Positions 37,757 through 42,378 of a stretch of DNA of 42,378 bases are shown one piece after another. A program made the position numbers and the translations under genes. The notes beneath the pieces are model-generated. The model had not been told where the DNA came from, ran no database searches, and was given only the letters and a program-made list of their open reading frames with translations. The DNA is taken from positions 1-42,378 of IMG/VR virus record IMGVR_UViG_3300023179_000204. One strand, given 5' to 3'. The DNA comes from a virus. Taxonomy: Duplodnaviria; Caudoviricetes. Position 1 is the stretch's first letter. Each line of letters opens with the position of its first letter.

Positions 37757-39091
37757 ATGTCATGTCCTACTCCAATAAATATTTGGACAATAATGCTGGA
37801 TGGTAATATATATCCTTTTGGCCATGGTGGATATCTTAATGAAAATATTTATCGACTATATAAATTTAAAGGTATGGGTAGTTATACCGCTACCCTAACG
37901 GTGCCATTACAAACGCCTTGTGAAAGGTCTTGCGGTTGTCCTCCTGGAGGCGGATGGGGATGCGCTGGTCTTGCCGCTGGAACAAGAACATGGTCTGGCT
38001 CAGAATCCGCCTTCATGACATCAACTAAAGATACGAGCGTTACGTCTAACGGAAATTTTTTAGAAACAGAATCTATAAAAATACAGAATAAATATAATTA
38101 TGATGATAACGGAAAAAGTCATGTCGCATCAAAAAATGATCTTATTAAATTAGTTAATGGAGCTGAAATGGATGGAAGTGAACATTTCTGTATGCCAGAA
38201 GTCTATCGTCCTGATGTGCAGTGCGGTGAAACGCCGCCAGATTGTGTAGTAACTTGCTATGATTTTGGATATTGGGATGGAGGGTGTGCCAATGGGCTTG
38301 GTGGGCTTCCTGGTTATGTTGATGACTATATATGTGAAGAACCAACTGATGAAACTTATGGAAAATGTAAAGGAACGAGAAGCTATACGTCTGGCGGAGA
38401 GAATGGCTGTGGCTATCATAGCTATAAAGAGATGAAAGTTGATGGAGTCAAATTAAGTTCAATAATATCGCCACAAACTTCTTTTCAAATACTTGAACAA
38501 GCTGTAGATACAAAATTACTAAAAAAATATGAGAATAACCCTATCGATTATGACGGCATAAGTCCAATTGAAACAAATGTTTGCTATACATATACTTTAC
38601 TTTGTGAAGGTGAAGAAACTCCGCATACCTTTAGCACCGATAACGAAGATTATGAACCTTCTGACGAGTGTGAAATAATTGAGATGTCAACGCATCCTCA
38701 TACTTGTGGTTGTTCGGGAGATAAAGACGCGTGTTGGGGAGGGTTTGGTGATGGCTTAACTATCGCAGAAAATACAAATTATCATATTCAATATGGTAAA
38801 TTTAAAGTTTCAATAAATAAAGAATATTTTGAAAACAATTTTAAAAAAATAACAGGGCGAGTTTATTTTTATAAGCCTTTACAAGATGAACATAAAACTC
38901 CTTGTTGCTCTGATAATTTTCCAGTAGAAAATATTTTAGCGCAATCTAGTTTTAATTTTGAGGGAACATCAAATACTTTTAAATCTACGGACACCGCATT
39001 AGATTTAGATTTTATATATAAAAATTCAAATTATCCTTCTTATGCAGGACAACAAATGAAAGCGTGTGTCCTTATTATTGATAGCAAATAA
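37757..39091 (+). CDS. Cys-rich protein, paralog A
   Basis: 444 aa with 22 Cys by hand count; shares motifs with 39655-40740. Confidence 0.8.
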   Translation: MSCPTPINIWTIMLDGNIYPFGHGGYLNENIYRLYKFKGMGSYTATLTVPLQTPCERSCGCPPGGGWGCAGLAAGTRTWSGSESAFMTSTKDTSVTSNGNFLETESIKIQNKYNYDDNGKSHVASKNDLIKLVNGAEMDGSEHFCMPEVYRPDVQCGETPPDCVVTCYDFGYWDGGCANGLGGLPGYVDDYICEEPTDETYGKCKGTRSYTSGGENGCGYHSYKEMKVDGVKLSSIISPQTSFQILEQAVDTKLLKKYENNPIDYDGISPIETNVCYTYTLLCEGEETPHTFSTDNEDYEPSDECEIIEMSTHPHTCGCSGDKDACWGGFGDGLTIAENTNYHIQYGKFKVSINKEYFENNFKKITGRVYFYKPLQDEHKTPCCSDNFPVENILAQSSFNFEGTSNTFKSTDTALDLDFIYKNSNYPSYAGQQMKACVLIIDSK

Positions 39092-39101
39092 TATCTATAT
39101 T

Positions 39102-39575
39102 TTAAATATACACTGTCCAAATACTATCAAATTCTTCTTGGGTTAATTGATACAATTTGCCATTTTGAGGTTCAATAAAATATATATTAAAATTATCTGA
39201 TCCATCATCATTTTTTTCGCCTTCTGCATATATTATATTAATCGCGTGTCCCCCTTTTAATTCATTTTCGGCTTTGCTATTTGCTATATAATTTATAACT
39301 CCAATTCCTATACCTTCTGAATCATCTTGCAAGTTTTGAGCATGATAACCGCAAGAAAATAATTTGAATGCGTCCGCAAAATTATCACAGTCCCATTTAT
39401 GAGTCCATTGAGTTAATTTTAAAGATCTAAGCCACCATACATAAGCGGGATATATTATATTTTTAACAGTCTCTATTTTGGGGCAAAAATAATTTATATC
39501 TGATATAACAAAATTTTTAGGTAATTTTTTATTATTATAAAATGGAATAAAAATATCTTGATTTGATATAATCAT
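39102..39575 (-). CDS. Papain/transglutaminase-like protein (MOA lectin C-terminal-like)
   Basis: WDCDNFA (Cys), GHAINI (His) and FIEPQ (Glu) motifs. Confidence 0.75.
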   Translation of the reverse strand: MIISNQDIFIPFYNNKKLPKNFVISDINYFCPKIETVKNIIYPAYVWWLRSLKLTQWTHKWDCDNFADAFKLFSCGYHAQNLQDDSEGIGIGVINYIANSKAENELKGGHAINIIYAEGEKNDDGSDNFNIYFIEPQNGKLYQLTQEEFDSIWTVYI

Positions 39576-39654
39576 TTATTTTAAAAAAGTAAAAATTTTA
39601 TTATGTTCACAATTCCAAAGTGCAGATGGTTTATTTTTATTAATTTTCAAGTTC

Positions 39655-40740
39655 TTATACTATGCAATATCTTAAAGATGATTCTCCATTTGTCCAGTTA
39701 CCATTATCAAAAAATAATTTAACTCCGTGTCCGTCTTTATAGATAGGTGATCCAAGATTAATTGAAAATTCTTGCTCATGTACAATTATACCATTATAGG
39801 ATGGGTCACAACATGGAGATCTTTGTCCGTCTGGAGTATATACAAATATTTTAGCTTCAATTTTTTCGCCTTCTTTAAGGTCTGGTGCCACTAATAATAC
39901 TCCAAAATTTTGTGCAATTATAGTATTATTTTGTATACTTCCTAAACCATCCAGGCCCCAACAATCGTCTACTCTTCCTAGTCCACATCTTGTCCCTAAT
40001 GAATTTTGAGGTTCATTTGTATTATAAATATTTTTTTTCTTTGCTGAAATTTGTTTAGCAATTCCTAAAGCTTTTTCATTCGTGAGTGGACTACTTAAAC
40101 GTATATTTGCAGTTCCATCCACGTGCGTCGTTACGCCATCTTGTTCAGAAGAATAACTCCTGGAAATATTATATTCATCACATGATGTAGATACTAGATC
40201 TCCTTCATCTGCTCCAAAACATAACTCACTCGGACAACCTTCATTTTTCCATGCTGATCCCCCAGCGCATCCATTAGGAGTTCCTTCGCTAGAAGTTACT
40301 GAAGTTTCGCAAATATCCTTGTTTTTATAACTTTTATATTCAGTAGCCCCTCCTTCTGGACAACAACCACAACAACTGCATTGAATTCCACAGCCTGCAG
40401 GATTTCCCAGATCTGGATTTGTGCAATCTGATACAATTTCTTGATTTAAATTGCTATAATATTTATAGTAACTTTTTGCTTTTGTTGATTCTCCAACGCT
40501 TAATTCTGCATATTCATCTATTTTATAGGTAACATTTGATGAAGCTACTGCCTGACAGATACCCCCGGAGCTTTCAAAGTCATAATCTGGCGAAAGTATT
40601 TCTGAATTGAGTCTAGATTTCGCTTCTTTTTTTAAATATGTCGCCGTACCATCACCGTCAAAACAGGGATACCCTATTACTGGCTTAACTGCCTCGGTTT
40701 TTATTGTATATACATCAATATTGCCATTAAAACAAGCCAT
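39655..40740 (-). CDS. Cys-rich protein, paralog B
   Basis: 361 aa from MACF with 20 Cys by hand count. Start moved from 40788 because of GTGTA-N12-ATG and the M-x-C start shared with paralog A. Confidence 0.8.
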   Translation of the reverse strand: MACFNGNIDVYTIKTEAVKPVIGYPCFDGDGTATYLKKEAKSRLNSEILSPDYDFESSGGICQAVASSNVTYKIDEYAELSVGESTKAKSYYKYYSNLNQEIVSDCTNPDLGNPAGCGIQCSCCGCCPEGGATEYKSYKNKDICETSVTSSEGTPNGCAGGSAWKNEGCPSELCFGADEGDLVSTSCDEYNISRSYSSEQDGVTTHVDGTANIRLSSPLTNEKALGIAKQISAKKKNIYNTNEPQNSLGTRCGLGRVDDCWGLDGLGSIQNNTIIAQNFGVLLVAPDLKEGEKIEAKIFVYTPDGQRSPCCDPSYNGIIVHEQEFSINLGSPIYKDGHGVKLFFDNGNWTNGESSLRYCIV

Positions 40741-40752
40741 ATATATATAATA

Positions 40753-40757
40753 TACAC
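40753..40757 (-). promoter_or_regulatory. GTGTA putative late promoter element
   Basis: GTGTA-N12-ATG at 40740. Confidence 0.7.
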
Positions 40758-40998
40758 AAAATATTATATTATAAGTGATTTTTAACAAAAATATCCCAGC
40801 GGAAATTTTAACGTTTAAGTTTATTTCTTTTTATTGAATTTTAATAGATTTTAAAAAATAGAGGGGTATGTATATAAATATAAATAAACAATAGATTAAA
40901 ATAGTGTGGAGATTGAAATTAGTACCCCCCTTTCTCTTTTTAACTTTTAGGTTTTTGAATTTTTTCAAAAATGGGGGTAGTTATGAGCTTGAATGATC

Positions 40999-41023
40999 TA
41001 AGTCGTTGATAATCAATGAAATT
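40999..41023. repeat. 25-bp pseudo-palindrome containing an IHF consensus, copy 1
   Basis: TAAGTCGTTGATAATCAATGAAATT; the reverse strand reads TATCAACGACTTA, matching WATCAANNNNTTR. Confidence 0.6.
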
Positions 41024-41050
41024 TAAATGCAATAAAATGCCCTGCATCGC

Positions 41051-41078
41051 TTGACAAATCGTATAGGTGTGATAGATT
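41051..41078 (+). promoter_or_regulatory. sigma70-type early promoter, leaderless
   Basis: TTGACA-N16-TAGATT with an extended-10 TG; ATG 6 nt downstream. Confidence 0.75.
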
Positions 41079-41084
41079 AAGAGC

Positions 41085-41240
41085 ATGAAGAAGAAATTAA
41101 GCAAATACGAACAACTGATCGCCAACCTCGACAAAGCAGCCCAAGACCTCAAGGACGCCTCCGCTCGTGCGGTAGCTACCCTAGAGGCTCATGCTAATAA
41201 GATCGAGGAGATCAATCAGAAGTATAGCGAGGCCAAATAA
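41085..41240 (+). CDS. 51-aa coiled-coil early protein (not in ORF track)
   Basis: MKKKLSKYEQLIANLDKAAQDLKDASARAVATLEAHANKIEEINQKYSEAK; directly after the promoter. Confidence 0.75.
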   Translation: MKKKLSKYEQLIANLDKAAQDLKDASARAVATLEAHANKIEEINQKYSEAK

Positions 41241-41323
41241 TGAATCCTATGGAAGTTATCTTCACCCTCACTATCGGTTGCCTTATCCTTGGTATCATCA
41301 GTATGGCTACGGCAAAAAATTAA
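41240..41323 (+). CDS. 27-aa single-TM microprotein (not in ORF track)
   Basis: TAATG coupling to the upstream ORF; MNPMEVIFTLTIGCLILGIISMATAKN. Confidence 0.6.
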   Translation: MNPMEVIFTLTIGCLILGIISMATAKN

Positions 41324-41326
41324 CCC

Positions 41327-41355
41327 TTGACGAAAACCAAACCAGAAAGCAATAT
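41327..41355 (+). promoter_or_regulatory. sigma70-type early promoter, leaderless
   Basis: TTGACG-N17-CAATAT; ATG 7 nt downstream at 41363. Confidence 0.55.
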
Positions 41356-41362
41356 AAGCTAT

Positions 41363-41782
41363 ATGAAAAACCAAATCAACATCACCATTCAACCCTTCGG
41401 CAACACTACCGCTTTCCTCTTGGAAGGCAACAAGAGCCAGATCGAAAACTTCCACAATGCTATGTATAACTACTCGGCAACCAATGGCGAGTTGCACGAT
41501 ATGGGCAACGGCAAAGCGTTTTACTTCTACGCTCAACCCGAAGCCGTGTTGGAAGCGATGACCAAAGTCGCCCTATATGCTCTATGCAATAAGATCAAAG
41601 CAAAGGGTTTGAAGGGTGGGCTTCTTAACCTTGCCAAGCAAAAGGCCCAAGCGAAGTTTGATGCGTTCAAGGAAGGACGCTTCCTTCGCACGGCTATAAG
41701 CACAGATACCTTTAACCTTGGCACGATCACCGCAGAGCGTCCTAGTGACTACTGCGGAGCGATCAGCAGCGGGAGAGACTAA
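41363..41782 (+). CDS. Hypothetical early protein
   Basis: The track's TTG start at 41327 coincides with the -35 box, so ATG 41363 (MKNQINITI) is preferred; TAATG-coupled to the next gene. Confidence 0.75.
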   Translation: MKNQINITIQPFGNTTAFLLEGNKSQIENFHNAMYNYSATNGELHDMGNGKAFYFYAQPEAVLEAMTKVALYALCNKIKAKGLKGGLLNLAKQKAQAKFDAFKEGRFLRTAISTDTFNLGTITAERPSDYCGAISSGRD

Positions 41783-42159
41783 TGACAGCTGAAATACTTA
41801 TCGTAGCTTTGACGCTACTTGGAGAAGCTAGAGGTGAAGGGTTTGAGGGAATGGCTGGTGTTGCCAGCGTTATCCAAACTAGAGCAATAGAACGCCATCA
41901 GACACCATCGCAAGTTTGTCTGGCTCCCTTGCAATTCTCGTTCTGGAATAGTAAACCAAGCAAAGCAGAGCAGGATAAGCTAATGGCAAATCCACAAGCT
42001 AACAATGCTCTGCGTCTTGCTAAACTGGTGTGTGAGCGTAGGTTGCCTGATGTAGTGAATGGAGCCAATCATTACCACGCCATAAGTGTGAACCCAAAGT
42101 GGGCAAAAAATCATCAATTAGTTGCACTTATAAAGCGTCATAAGTTCTATCGTTTGTAA
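41782..42159 (+). CDS. SleB-like cell wall hydrolase (Hydrolase_2)
   Basis: TLLGEARGE...VASVI.TR...QFSFW...GANHYHA..V.PKWA...HKFY motifs. Confidence 0.9.
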   Translation: MTAEILIVALTLLGEARGEGFEGMAGVASVIQTRAIERHQTPSQVCLAPLQFSFWNSKPSKAEQDKLMANPQANNALRLAKLVCERRLPDVVNGANHYHAISVNPKWAKNHQLVALIKRHKFYRL

Positions 42160-42346
42160 GTTGCTAACTATCAAGGACTTACACAAGGGCGCGGGGCGAT
42201 GCTTACGTAAATCCTTAATAATCAAAGATTTATAAAACATTTTGATCTTGAGAGAAAACCTGATGGAAGCGAAAAGATCGGAAATGATCTTAGTCTAAAA
42301 CCTGATGGAATGAATAAAATCTAAATCTCTAAACATTAATGACTTA
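42157..42346. repeat. Three further 25-bp pseudo-palindromes (IHF-like)
   Basis: TAAGTTGCTAACTATCAAGGACTTA at 42157, TAAATCCTTAATAATCAAAGATTTA at 42208, TAAATCTCTAAACATTAATGACTTA at 42322; a fifth may start at 42373. Confidence 0.7.
42243..42310 (+). repeat. 26-bp direct repeat, 2 copies, period 42
   Basis: TGATCTT-N5-AAAACCTGATGGAA at 42243 and 42285. Confidence 0.8.
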
Positions 42347-42378
42347 GAAAAGGAATGACCCTTCTGCTTCTGTAAGTC

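Noticed and set aside
39577-39651. TTG-initiated 24-codon minus-strand ORF between paralog B and the protease
   Set aside because: Weak start, no SD or promoter, no recognisable features.
38150-41730. Track ORFs at 38150, 38154, 40940, 41191, 41216 and 41533
   Set aside because: Overlap better-supported + strand genes that have promoters and coupling.
1-42378. Alternative genetic code, DGR/retron, introns or inteins, tRNAs, integrase
   Set aside because: Genes tile densely under code 11 using all three stop codons. No reverse transcriptase, adenine-specific repeat pair, split gene, tRNA arm or recombinase was seen by eye; a covariance-model search was not run.

Overview
AT-rich segment of a large tailed dsDNA phage (Caudoviricetes). 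A complete PEP-CTERM beta-helix surface protein suggests a PVC-type host, probably Verrucomicrobia (inference). About 1-40.7 kb is the late/morphogenesis region, almost all on the minus strand. It holds fibre and adhesin genes (including an uncalled collagen/coiled-coil fibre at <1-2127), capsid, decoration protein, prohead protease-scaffold, a lysis cassette with an inserted ATP-grasp ligase, modular fibre genes, portal, TerL, an ERCC4 nuclease and a phage sigma factor with a Cys-rich insert. It also holds putative head-cargo proteins (ferritin-like, HiPIP-like), Hsp20, PA14, PhoH and two paralogous Cys-rich proteins flanking a Cys-His-Glu enzyme. At about 40.8-41.05 kb strand and GC switch to a + strand early-like region with sigma70 promoters and IHF-like palindromes. 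Main observations: (1) a GTGTA element upstream of 19 gene starts, 16 of them 7-13 nt before an SD-less ATG, a candidate leaderless late promoter for the phage sigma; (2) a consensus sigma54 promoter with upstream repeats driving Hsp20; (3) a coupled membrane/secreted operon built around a PEP-CTERM protein and a membrane-anchored Cys-His-Asp enzyme; (4) a shared tag and x-[KQE]-A junction motif in putative capsid cargo. Family calls come from motif recognition by eye; no searches were run.
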